Below, piece by piece: positions 24,390-32,000 of a stretch of DNA of 32,000 nt (position 1 is its first letter; each line of letters starts with the position of its first letter). The stretch comes from Opitutia bacterium KCR 482. GTDB lineage: Bacteria > Verrucomicrobiota > Verrucomicrobiia > Opitutales > Intestinicryptomonadaceae. A program made the position numbers and the translations under genes. The notes under the pieces were generated by a model. The model had not been told where the DNA came from. It worked only from the letters and a program-made list of their open reading frames with translations, and searched no databases. The stretch lies in contig CP149973.1 in the NCBI GenBank assembly GCA_029269845.2, positions 120,001 through 152,000 of the forward strand. Direction: 5' to 3'.

Positions 24390-25076
24390 ATGAAAATTTT
24401 AACGTCATCACTTGTTTCGTTCATAATCGCGGCGGCATGCGCGCACGCGTTCAGCTTCGGCGAGCTTGCAAAAAACGTAAGCGAAAGCGCGATTGCGGCA
24501 AGCGCGTCGTCCAAAAACATCGAAGAGCTTAAAACAAAGCAGGAGGCAACGCTTGCCAAATACAAGAAAAGCAAGGAGGACTTCCTGAAAGGCTTCGCGG
24601 AGGTCGCGGACTCGTGCGGCGCGGAGACTTACGCAAAACAGGCAAAGGACGCGCTCGGAAAAGTCGAGGCGCAGTCGGCAAAAACGCTCGACGTGCAGGG
24701 CGCGGCGCAGCTTACCGACGAGATAATCGAAAAGACATCAAACGGCACCGCGCTGAAACTTCCCGAAGACGCGGCGGCGGCGGCAAAAACCGCGGCAAAG
24801 TCGGGCCTTGCAACAATGGGAGAGGCAATCAAGGGCGAAATGGAGGTCGGGCGCGATGTCGCGGAACTTGCCGAGAAAGTCCGCGATGTCATGAAAAACG
24901 GCACGACCGCCGAAAAAATCGCGCTCGGCTCGACGCTTTCGCCGACGCTCGAATTGGCGAAACTCGTGCCGTCGGACATCTCGAAGTCGAAGGACGCGGC
25001 GGTATCGATTGCGAAGTCGCTCAAAGAGGGCGGGGTGAAAATTCCGTCGTCGCTGGCTTCGGCAATCGGCCTTTAA
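24390..25076 (+). CDS. hypothetical secreted Ala/Lys/Glu-rich helical protein
   Basis: It has a signal peptide (MKILTSSLVSFIIAAACAHA). The rest is low-complexity sequence predicted to be helical. No family was recognised. Confidence 0.55.
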   Translation: MKILTSSLVSFIIAAACAHAFSFGELAKNVSESAIAASASSKNIEELKTKQEATLAKYKKSKEDFLKGFAEVADSCGAETYAKQAKDALGKVEAQSAKTLDVQGAAQLTDEIIEKTSNGTALKLPEDAAAAAKTAAKSGLATMGEAIKGEMEVGRDVAELAEKVRDVMKNGTTAEKIALGSTLSPTLELAKLVPSDISKSKDAAVSIAKSLKEGGVKIPSSLASAIGL

Positions 25077-25151
25077 ATTTAGAAAAAATTTCCGATTCAT
25101 TACGTCGTCCGAGGGCATTTCCGCCCAGCGGGCGACGAATTATTTGCGGAT

Positions 25152-25841
25152 ATGACTACTTTGATTTTATTAAGACACGGCGAAAGCCAATGGAACGCCG
25201 AAAACAGGTTTACGGGCTGGACGGACGTCGATTTGACGCCGAAAGGCGAGTCTGAGGCGGCTCGCGCGGGCAGGGCGATAGCCGCCGCAGGCTTGGGGTT
25301 CGCCGCCGCCTACGCGTCGGTCTTGAAGCGGGCGGTGCGGACATTGCACATCGTAGAGCGCGAGACGGGGCTTGAAGCCGTCCCCGAATACAAAACTTGG
25401 CGGCTCAACGAACGCCACTACGGAGCTTTGCAGGGGCTGAATAAGGCGGAGACTGCGGAAAAATTCGGTGCAAAGCAGGTGAAAATCTGGCGTCGAAGCT
25501 TCGACGTTCGTCCGCCACTGCTCGAACCCGACGACCCGCGCTCGCCGCGCTTCGAGCGCAAATACGCGTTTGCCGACAGGCGCGTACTGCCGCTCGGAGA
25601 GTCGCTCAAAGACGCAATCGAGCGGGTGCTGCCCGTTTGGAGCGACTTTATCGCGCCCGATTTGAAGTCGGGCAAAAACGTAATCGTCGCCGCGCACGGA
25701 AACAGCCTGCGGGGGCTGATAAAATTCATAAAAAACATCGGCGACGCCGAAATCGTCTCGCTCGAAATCCCCACTGCCGTCCCCTACGTTTTCGAGTTCG
25801 ACGCCGACCTGAATTTGAAGTCGGAGCGCGTTTTGCCTTAG
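25152..25841 (+). CDS. gpmA: 2,3-bisphosphoglycerate-dependent phosphoglycerate mutase
   Basis: 'LILLRHGESQWNAENRFTGWTDVDL' carries the RHGE catalytic motif, and 'ERHYGALQG' and 'VAAHGNSLR' are also present. Confidence 0.9.
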   Translation: MTTLILLRHGESQWNAENRFTGWTDVDLTPKGESEAARAGRAIAAAGLGFAAAYASVLKRAVRTLHIVERETGLEAVPEYKTWRLNERHYGALQGLNKAETAEKFGAKQVKIWRRSFDVRPPLLEPDDPRSPRFERKYAFADRRVLPLGESLKDAIERVLPVWSDFIAPDLKSGKNVIVAAHGNSLRGLIKFIKNIGDAEIVSLEIPTAVPYVFEFDADLNLKSERVLP

Positions 25842-25886
25842 TTCGTTCTTGCCTTTCGGCGGCGGGTTTGAGAATATCCGCGCGTT

Positions 25887-27617
25887 ATGGACAAAGCGGA
25901 GCTTTCGAAATTCGTGCCCATGCGCCGCTGCGAAATGGAGGCGCGGGGTTGGGACGCAATCGACATTCTGATTGTGTCGGGCGACGCATACGTTGACCAC
26001 CCAAGCTTCGGGGCGTCGCTGATTGCCCGCATTCTGCTTGACGCGGGGTACAGGGTGGGAATCGTCGCCCAGCCCGACTGGAAGAATCCCGAAAGCCTCA
26101 ACGAATTCGGGCGGCCGCTAATCGGTTGCGGGGTGTCGGCGGGCAACATAGACTCCATGCTCAAAATCTACACTGCGGGACGCCGCATGCGCCACGAAGA
26201 CATGTACGCGCCCGACGGCAAAACGGGGCTTTGCCCGCCGCACGCGTCGGTTGTCTACTGCCAGCTTGTCAGGCGGGCGTTCCCCAAACTGCCCGTAATT
26301 CTCGGCGGCGTAGAGGCGAGCCTGCGCCGCGTTGCGCACTACGACTATTGGCAGGACAAAATCCGCCCCTCCGTCCTTGTGGACTCGAAGGCCGACCTCC
26401 TTTGCTACGGCATGGGCGAGCTTACAATGCTCGAAATTTTCGACCGCCTCAAAAACGGCAAATCCCTCGACGGCATTCGCGGAACGTGCCGCTATCTGGG
26501 CGGAACGGAGTCGGCGGGCTTCCCGCCGGAGGGCTGCGTGGAGCTGTCGTCGTTCGAGGAAATGTGCGCCGACAAAACCGCAATCATGCGCGAGACCAAG
26601 ACGGTTGAGTCGGAAATGAACCCATGGAACGGCAGGCGGCTTATCCAAAAAACAAACGGAAGAATTCTGCTCATAGAACCGCCGCGCGAGCCGATGACTT
26701 CGGCGCAGTTTGACAAATTCTGCGAGCTTCCGTTCACGAACCTGCCGCATTGGAGCTACTCGGCGAAAATTCCCGCGTGGGAGATGATAAAAGACTCCAT
26801 CACCGTCGTGCGCGGCTGCCCCGGGGGCTGCGCGTTCTGCGGGCTGGTGTCGCACCAAGGGCGGCACCTTGTGTCGCGGACGCCAGAAAGCGTCGTGCGA
26901 AGCGTCGAAAAGCTCTCGCGCGAGCCGTATTTCAGGGGGACGGTCAGCGACGTCGGCGGAGCCGCGGGCAACATCTACGGGCACGTTCCGCGCGACCGCG
27001 AGCTTTGCAAAAAGTGCCGCCGCTACTCGTGTATATTCCCCAACTTTTGCAAAAACTACCGCGCCGACGGCGCGCCGCTCTCGAAACTGCTCGACAAGTT
27101 GAAGTCGATTCCGAAAGTAAAACACGTTTTCGTAAATTCGGGCGTGCGCCTCGACCTCGCGCTTTTGCAACCCGAACTCACCGAAAAAATCATAGCAAAC
27201 CACGTTTCGGGGCAGATTAGCGTAGCCCCCGAACACCTTTCCGACCGCGTCCTTAAACTCATGCGCAAGGGTAAGGCGGGCGAGTTCGAGGAGTTCCGCA
27301 GAATCTTCGACAAAGTGAACGGGCGCACGGGCAAAAAACAGTACATGGTGCCGTACTTCATCTCGAATTTTCCGGGGTGCACAGAGGCGGACATGAAAGT
27401 TGTCGATTCGTACCTGTCGAAATCGAACTGGAAATTGCAGCAAGTGCAGGACTTCATTCCGCTTCCGATGACGATGGGCTGCGCAATGTACTGCTCGGAA
27501 ACCGCCCCCGACGGCTCGCCGATAAAAGTCAACAAGGGGCTTGCCGAACGTCGAATCCAGCGCGACATGCTCCGCAGCGGCCACAAAAAACCGAAGCGCA
27601 AATTCGGCGCAAGGTAG
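25887..27617 (+). CDS. YgiQ (UPF0313) family radical SAM protein
   Basis: The N-terminal 'GWDAIDILIVSGDAYVDHPSFG' is characteristic of YgiQ. The cluster block 'RGCPGGCAFCG' and a basic C-terminal tail are also present. Confidence 0.8.
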   Translation: MDKAELSKFVPMRRCEMEARGWDAIDILIVSGDAYVDHPSFGASLIARILLDAGYRVGIVAQPDWKNPESLNEFGRPLIGCGVSAGNIDSMLKIYTAGRRMRHEDMYAPDGKTGLCPPHASVVYCQLVRRAFPKLPVILGGVEASLRRVAHYDYWQDKIRPSVLVDSKADLLCYGMGELTMLEIFDRLKNGKSLDGIRGTCRYLGGTESAGFPPEGCVELSSFEEMCADKTAIMRETKTVESEMNPWNGRRLIQKTNGRILLIEPPREPMTSAQFDKFCELPFTNLPHWSYSAKIPAWEMIKDSITVVRGCPGGCAFCGLVSHQGRHLVSRTPESVVRSVEKLSREPYFRGTVSDVGGAAGNIYGHVPRDRELCKKCRRYSCIFPNFCKNYRADGAPLSKLLDKLKSIPKVKHVFVNSGVRLDLALLQPELTEKIIANHVSGQISVAPEHLSDRVLKLMRKGKAGEFEEFRRIFDKVNGRTGKKQYMVPYFISNFPGCTEADMKVVDSYLSKSNWKLQQVQDFIPLPMTMGCAMYCSETAPDGSPIKVNKGLAERRIQRDMLRSGHKKPKRKFGAR

Positions 27618-27672
27618 GGCGTTTTGCCGCTTCCTTGCTTAAAATGAATTTTAATATCAAGTATAAATCTAT

Positions 27673-28650
27673 ATGAAAAACACACTAAAATACTTAATCA
27701 CAACGCTCGCCGCCGCCGCGTTCCCTCTCTGCGGATTCGCGGCGTTTACGGAAGTGAGCGTTAAAGACAAACCCGTCGTGCAGGTGCCGTTCAAGCCCTT
27801 TGCCGACGAAGCTCCGAGCCTTCTGCCGCCGAACAAAAAGTGGAAGCTCGTCTGGAACGACGAATTCAACGGCGCGGAAATCGACAAGACAAAGTGGATG
27901 TGCCGCGAGTCGTTCTGGGGGCAGGATTTCCCCGCGTTCGCGCACAATTTCGAGGGCGTCGAGATGACGGGCAAGACCGTGCGCCTACACCTGCTCCGCA
28001 AGGGCGACGACTTCTGCTCGCCGCATTTGCAGACAGGCTCGCTCACCTACGACATTCCCAAAGATTCAAAGGGCTTCTGGCCGTTCGGCAAATACCGCAA
28101 GCCGCTTTTCATGCACAAATACGGCTACTATGAAATCCGCTGCAAACAGCCCAAGAACGCGGGTTGGCACTCGGCGTTCTGGCTGCAGTCGCCGGGGATT
28201 GGCTCGACGCCGAACCCCGAAGTCTCGGGCGTCGAAACGGACATCATGGAAAACTACAAGCAAGTTTCGGAGGGGCGCATTGTCGGCGGCAACGGCTGGA
28301 ACGGCTACGGCAAGGACGGCAAGTGGTTCGGGCATTTTTCGTGGGAGTACGAGGCGGACGCCGACGGCTGGTGCTATTACGGCGTCGATTGGTCGCCGAA
28401 AGGCTACACGTTCTATGCAAACGGCAAGAAAGTAGGCGAGCAAAACAGCCCCGTTTCGCACGTCGAGCAGTTTGTTCTTGTTTCGACCGAGCCGCGCGGA
28501 TACCGAAACGCGCAGGGCAACGACGGCGGGCTTTCCTCCGGCTCGCGCGTTTGGGGCAAGCCCGCGCCCGAACTCTTCAAGGCGGTTTTGCCCGACTATT
28601 TCGAAGTGGACTTCGTGAGAGTCTACGACGAAGTTCCCGACAAACAATAG
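27673..28650 (+). CDS. glycoside hydrolase family 16 (beta-glucanase/laminarinase type), secreted
   Basis: It has a signal peptide, 'WNDEFNG' and the catalytic ExDxxE motif in 'VETDIMEN'. Confidence 0.8.
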   Translation: MKNTLKYLITTLAAAAFPLCGFAAFTEVSVKDKPVVQVPFKPFADEAPSLLPPNKKWKLVWNDEFNGAEIDKTKWMCRESFWGQDFPAFAHNFEGVEMTGKTVRLHLLRKGDDFCSPHLQTGSLTYDIPKDSKGFWPFGKYRKPLFMHKYGYYEIRCKQPKNAGWHSAFWLQSPGIGSTPNPEVSGVETDIMENYKQVSEGRIVGGNGWNGYGKDGKWFGHFSWEYEADADGWCYYGVDWSPKGYTFYANGKKVGEQNSPVSHVEQFVLVSTEPRGYRNAQGNDGGLSSGSRVWGKPAPELFKAVLPDYFEVDFVRVYDEVPDKQ

Positions 28651-28777
28651 CCGACTTCGCGCCCCGCTTAAACTCCGCGCGGTAATTTCGGCGACGTCGA
28701 AATGTTATTGCAGAAAACGTCAATCGCAAGACCTGCCGAAAACGGAATAGGGAGCGGTCAATTCAAACCGCGCCCGC

Positions 28778-28809
28778 AAAACCCGCCTAAATTACGGCGG
28801 GTTTTTTTG
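28778..28809 (+). terminator. rho-independent terminator downstream of GH16
   Basis: The stem pairs CCCGCC (28782-28787) with GGCGGG (28796-28801), extended by A/T pairs, around an 8-nt loop. T7 follows at 28802-28808. Confidence 0.75.
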
Positions 28810-28865
28810 TGGCAATTTTGCGTCGCATTTAAATCAAAGCGAAAGCGGCGGAGGAACGTTTCCCG

Positions 28866-28885
28866 AAAAAAACAACCCGCGCGGG
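28866..28885 (-). terminator. possible terminator downstream of GH28
   Basis: The self-complementary CCCGCGCGGG (28876-28885) is followed on the minus strand by TTGTTTTTTT. The stem is short, so the call is weak. Confidence 0.35.
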
Positions 28886-28923
28886 AAGTGTGCCACGCAG
28901 GTTAGCTGCGACGCCGAATGCCC

Positions 28924-30336
28924 CTATTGCGGCTTTCGTACTCCGAAGCGGCAGGTTTCCGAAATTCGGCAGTTATCCACGTTGACCGTCCGAACCGCGT
29001 TTGTCCATGGGGAATTTTTCCCCCTTAGCAGAAGTCGGCAGGCGTCGAACGAAATGTCTTTTGCGTGCAGGACAATCAGCGCGTCTGACGTGCATTTTAC
29101 TTTGCGCCAGTCGTCCATGGTCTTTATCGGGACGGGGTTTTTGCAAATCAGCGAGCCGCCCGACATGACGAAGTCGCAGTTTTTGAAAGCGACGCCGAAA
29201 ATGTTTTTATGCAGGTTCGCCGCAATTATGCTCGTTCTTGTGCCCGAAAACACGCAATTCGAAAACACCACATTCCCGATTGACGAAGTTCCGCCCGCCT
29301 TGCCCCAGTTAAAGCTGTCCGACATCATGTTGAGCGGTCGGGACGCGTAGACGGATACATTCGAAATATTGATGTCGGAGATGTCAACCCCGCCGTTCGA
29401 GTGGTACGCGCCTATGAATGAAATGCCCTGAAACGATTTCTTTATCACCACGTTGTTGATTGAACAGCGTCTGATTGCCCCCGTGCCGACACCTATTCTA
29501 ATGCCGTTGCAGGTGGACTGCAACACGCAGTTAGAAACGACCACATCTTCGCAGGCGGCATTTTTGTTTTTCAGGCGCGACGTTCCCGCCCGCAGTGTCA
29601 GGGCGTCGTCCTCCGTTTGGATTATGCAGTCGCTCACTGCGACGTTGCTGCAAGAGTCTATGTCGATGCCATCGTTGTTGTGTCCGCGAGGGTCGTTTTT
29701 TATCAGCAGGCGCGTGATGAAAACGTTTTTGCAGCCGTGGAAAAACGACGTCCAGAACGGGGCGTTCAAAAGCCTTACGTCGCGGACGGAAACGTTTTCG
29801 GATTCGCAAAAAAACAGCATTTGCGCGGGACGCCATTTGGGGTATTTGAATTTCGACGGGTATTTCAGCTCTTTGTTCCCCTCGACTTGAAACCAGAAGT
29901 CAAGCCCGCTGCCGTCTATTTCGCCGCCGCCGAAAATCGACACGTTTTTCACTTCGACCGCGGAAATCAAATGCGCCCCCGACGCGTGCTCCTTTTTTAT
30001 GACGCTGTTTTGCGGACAGTAGTCGTCGGCGTTGTAGGCGGAAGGGTCTGTCGTAGCTTTGAGGGTTGCCGACGGCAGGATTTCAAGACCTACGTTGTCT
30101 TTAAGGTAAATCGTGCCCGAAATGAATTTTCCGCCTTCGAGCCTTACGATGCCGCCGCCGTCTTTCGCCGCGGCGTCAACCGCTTTTTGTATCGCCGAAG
30201 TGTCGATTGAAACGCCGTCGCCTTTCGCGCCGAAATTTCTGCAATTATAGATTCCGCCCGCCGCGAAAACCGAGTTCGCTGCAAAGGCAAAGAGGCAAAG
30301 CCCGATAAATTTGCCGTACGCCATAAAGCTATCCAA
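28924..30336 (-). CDS. glycoside hydrolase family 28 (polygalacturonase-type parallel beta-helix), secreted
   Basis: It has a signal peptide. The N-terminal 'NFGAKGDGVSIDTSAIQKAVDAA' is typical of the family. The catalytic Asp blocks are 'HNNDGIDIDS' and 'QTEDDALTL'. Confidence 0.8.
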   Translation of the reverse strand: MDSFMAYGKFIGLCLFAFAANSVFAAGGIYNCRNFGAKGDGVSIDTSAIQKAVDAAAKDGGGIVRLEGGKFISGTIYLKDNVGLEILPSATLKATTDPSAYNADDYCPQNSVIKKEHASGAHLISAVEVKNVSIFGGGEIDGSGLDFWFQVEGNKELKYPSKFKYPKWRPAQMLFFCESENVSVRDVRLLNAPFWTSFFHGCKNVFITRLLIKNDPRGHNNDGIDIDSCSNVAVSDCIIQTEDDALTLRAGTSRLKNKNAACEDVVVSNCVLQSTCNGIRIGVGTGAIRRCSINNVVIKKSFQGISFIGAYHSNGGVDISDINISNVSVYASRPLNMMSDSFNWGKAGGTSSIGNVVFSNCVFSGTRTSIIAANLHKNIFGVAFKNCDFVMSGGSLICKNPVPIKTMDDWRKVKCTSDALIVLHAKDISFDACRLLLRGKNSPWTNAVRTVNVDNCRISETCRFGVRKPQ

Positions 30337-30388
30337 ACGTTAAAGGTTTTGTTTTGCGCTCAAAAACAAACAGCGCGGCAATAAAACG

Positions 30389-30460
30389 CACCCCCGAACG
30401 GATTCGAACCGTTGTCGCCTGAATGAGGTTCAGGAGTCCTAACCACTAGACGAAGGGGGC
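30389..30460 (-). tRNA. tRNA-Glu-like (anticodon CUC), no encoded CCA, several non-canonical positions
   Basis: The minus strand reads GCCCCCTTCGTCTAGTGGTTAGGACTCCTGAACCTCATTCAGGCGACAACGGTTCGAATCCGTTCGGGGGTG. The D arm is the Glu hallmark TTCGTCTAGTGGTTAGGAC, and the T arm AACGG-TTCGAAT-CCGTT is canonical. The anticodon loop is ACCUCAU, with C at position 33. The acceptor stem has a G1.U72 pair and a U7/C66 mismatch. Confidence 0.65.
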
Positions 30461-30613
30461 AGTTTCAATTTAAAGTTCGTATTATCTTCGACGTTCCCGC
30501 AGTTTGTCAAGCGTTTTTGTGCGCCGAATGCATTTTGGTGCGCATTCGGACGGATATTTTCACAAAAAACTTGAACGCCGTTCCGACGCGCTATTTTCTG
30601 TGTCTGTTATAAA

Positions 30614-31435
30614 GTGGAAAAACAAAAAGACAGTTCGTGGCTCGATTCGTTTGCGTGGCTGTGCGCGGCGGCGGCGTTTTCGCCCGCGGCGTACTGGCTG
30701 TATCTTGCGCTGTCGAAAAGCGGGCAGCTGCGCGACGCGGTCGTAGTGCTTGCGACTGCTCTTGCGGTGCTTGCAATAGAATACAAAATACGCCCGCACA
30801 AGCCCGCGTTTTCGGGCGACTCGGCTTGCTGGCTTGCGGGCGGCTACGCGGCGATTTTCTCCGCAAAATATTTCGGGGCGGCTGGGGCGATTGTGTCGCT
30901 TGCGGGTTTTTGCGCGGCGATTGTAGCCCTCGGTCTTGCGTGTTTCGACAGGCGCAGGTACGTCTACGCGGGCGGCGGCGCGTTTTTCGTCTTCGTGCTG
31001 CTTTCGTTTTTCCTAAGGGCGTTCGACCTGCCGCTGCGGATTCTGGCGGGCAGGCTTTCGGCGCGGATTCTCTCGCTTTTCAACGATTCCGTAGCGCTGG
31101 TTTCCTACGGCGGAGAGTCGGCGCAGATAGGTCTGCGGGCGGGCGGCAGAAGCTACCTTGTGGCGACGGAATGCAACGGCTTCGGGATAATCGCAGGTTG
31201 CGTGCTTTTGTCGGTAGTCTGCGCGATTTTCGCAAAAAACGTTTCCGTCTGGAAGCGCGTCGGGGCGGTCGCGCTTGCGGGGATTTTTGCTTATTTGGTA
31301 AATTCGCTCAGAATCGTCGCGATAGTTTCGCTTGCGCCGTTCGTTTCCGACTACCATTTCATGCACGAAACCGTGGGCTACATATTTTTTGCGTCCGCGC
31401 TGCTTGCCGTATGGACGTTCTCGCGCAAGTTGTAG
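30614..31435 (+). CDS. exosortase/archaeosortase family transpeptidase
   Basis: It is a polytopic membrane protein with the family's catalytic triad context: Cys in 'VATECNGFGI', Asn/Arg in 'LVNSLRIVAI' and His in 'FMHETVGYIFF'. The start is GTG at 30614; there is no in-frame ATG in the N-terminal half. Confidence 0.75.
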   Translation: MEKQKDSSWLDSFAWLCAAAAFSPAAYWLYLALSKSGQLRDAVVVLATALAVLAIEYKIRPHKPAFSGDSACWLAGGYAAIFSAKYFGAAGAIVSLAGFCAAIVALGLACFDRRRYVYAGGGAFFVFVLLSFFLRAFDLPLRILAGRLSARILSLFNDSVALVSYGGESAQIGLRAGGRSYLVATECNGFGIIAGCVLLSVVCAIFAKNVSVWKRVGAVALAGIFAYLVNSLRIVAIVSLAPFVSDYHFMHETVGYIFFASALLAVWTFSRKL

Positions 31436-31546
31436 AAAGGGGGGAGGGGCGTTTTTTGCGTCAAATATTTGTTGATATTTGCGCCTTGTTGTATTGATAT
31501 TTCCGCCGACAAATAATCGGAGCTTTGTCCGCAAACCTTATAAAAT

Positions 31547-32000
31547 ATGGACTCCCATTCCTCGACCCTTTTATTGAAAGACTTGGCGATAATCGTAGTT
31601 TCGGCGACGGTTTCGATGCGCATCTTTTCGATGCTGAAACTCCCGCTGCTGCTGGGGTTCATAATCGTAGGCATTCTGCTTGCGCCCGTCAGCGGGCTGA
31701 TTTCCTCCGCGGGCGACATCGCAGAACTCGGCGAACTCGGCGTGATGTTCATGATGTTTTTTGTCGGCATGGAGTTCAACCTCGAACGCCTGAAAAAGGT
31801 TTTTGCGCCGAGCGTCTTGGGCATCGCGTTCCAAATCGGAGCGATGGGCGTGCTCGGCATGATTGCGGCGGGGCTGATGGGGCTTTCGAAAATCGACGGC
31901 GTGTTTTTGGGCGGCGTGCTGGCGATGAGCTCGACAATCGTAATCGTCGAAATTTTCACCCAAAAGCGCGACCTCTCCAAGCTGTACGCGCAAATCGCGA
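31547..32000 (+). CDS. cation:proton antiporter (CPA2/Kef-type), N-terminal fragment running off the window
   Basis: This ORF is not in the supplied track because it has no stop codon before the window ends. My translation from ATG 31547 gives MDSHSSTLLLKDLAIIVVSATVSMRIFSMLKLPLLLGFIIVGILLAPVSGL...LGELGVMFMMFFVGMEFNLERLKK. 'LGELGVxFxMFxxGxEF' is the CPA2 signature region. Confidence 0.75.
   Translation, partial: MDSHSSTLLLKDLAIIVVSATVSMRIFSMLKLPLLLGFIIVGILLAPVSGLISSAGDIAELGELGVMFMMFFVGMEFNLERLKKVFAPSVLGIAFQIGAMGVLGMIAAGLMGLSKIDGVFLGGVLAMSSTIVIVEIFTQKRDLSKLYAQIA

Noticed and set aside
26118-27584. A 488-aa minus-strand ORF antisense to the YgiQ gene. There are many similar long antisense or off-frame ORFs, for example 12499-13350, 12794-13624, 13432-14370, 8157-8921, 5901-6662, 6986-7909, 11278-12060, 17321-18184, 17400-18098, 20033-20728, 23135-24016 and 25170-26000.
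   Set aside because: Their translations are Arg/Ala/Gly/Pro-rich and low in complexity. The opposite strand or another frame encodes proteins with unmistakable family motifs. Long stop-free antisense frames are expected at about 60% GC.
28702-28905. A 67-aa plus-strand ORF between the convergent GH16 and GH28 genes.
   Set aside because: It spans the strong terminator at 28778-28809 and is extremely basic and low in complexity. The region is better explained as paired terminators.
31378-31993. Minus-strand ORFs 31378-31980 and 31571-31993.
   Set aside because: They are antisense to a plus-strand frame that is open to the window end and encodes a clear CPA2 antiporter N-terminus (the LGELGVMFMMFFVGMEF block).

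Overview
A 32-kb stretch of a GC-rich bacterial chromosome. Hand-counted 60-nt rows give about 62% GC in core genes, with an AT-rich island at 35-40% GC. Shine-Dalgarno signals are weak. My guess from the PEP-CTERM/exosortase machinery and the GH10, GH16 and GH28 glycoside hydrolases is a saccharolytic member of the PVC superphylum (Verrucomicrobiota, Lentisphaerota or Kiritimatiellota). That guess is inference only.

Most of the window is ordinary, tightly packed housekeeping:
- a four-gene minus-strand operon led by cstA
- tandem crcB genes, then tsaE and a class-I aminotransferase
- a CsoR-family repressor with a P1B ATPase
- nadD-rsfS, a ROK glucokinase, hisG, an M20 peptidase, queD-queE, gpmA and a YgiQ radical-SAM protein
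- GH16 and GH28 genes, tRNA-Gly and tRNA-Glu, an exosortase and a CPA2 antiporter fragment

Features worth a second look:
1. A tyrosine recombinase whose start codon abuts one of two perfect 18-bp inverted repeats. The repeats bracket the divergent promoter region of an AT-rich island. The island carries an ORFan and the 5' third of a roughly 1000-codon pentapeptide-repeat PEP-CTERM surface-protein gene whose frame is broken twice, once at a T6 run.
2. An E1-like (ThiF) gene, a ThiS gene and a beta-CASP nuclease-fold gene in a row, the last two separated by 1 nt, with no thiamine, molybdopterin or JAB partners nearby.
3. RsfS carrying a roughly 76-residue histone-H1-like Lys/Ala repeat tail.
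4. A 420-bp hairpin-dense noncoding gap with a 47-nt direct repeat that overlaps the rsfS stop codon.
5. An orphan TATAAT box plus a strong terminator, a candidate ~60-nt sRNA or attenuator, upstream of the ROK kinase.
6. Both tRNAs deviate from near-universal loop nucleotides.

No CRISPR array, IS element, reverse transcriptase or recognisable defence system was seen. All family calls are by-eye motif recognition, not database searches.
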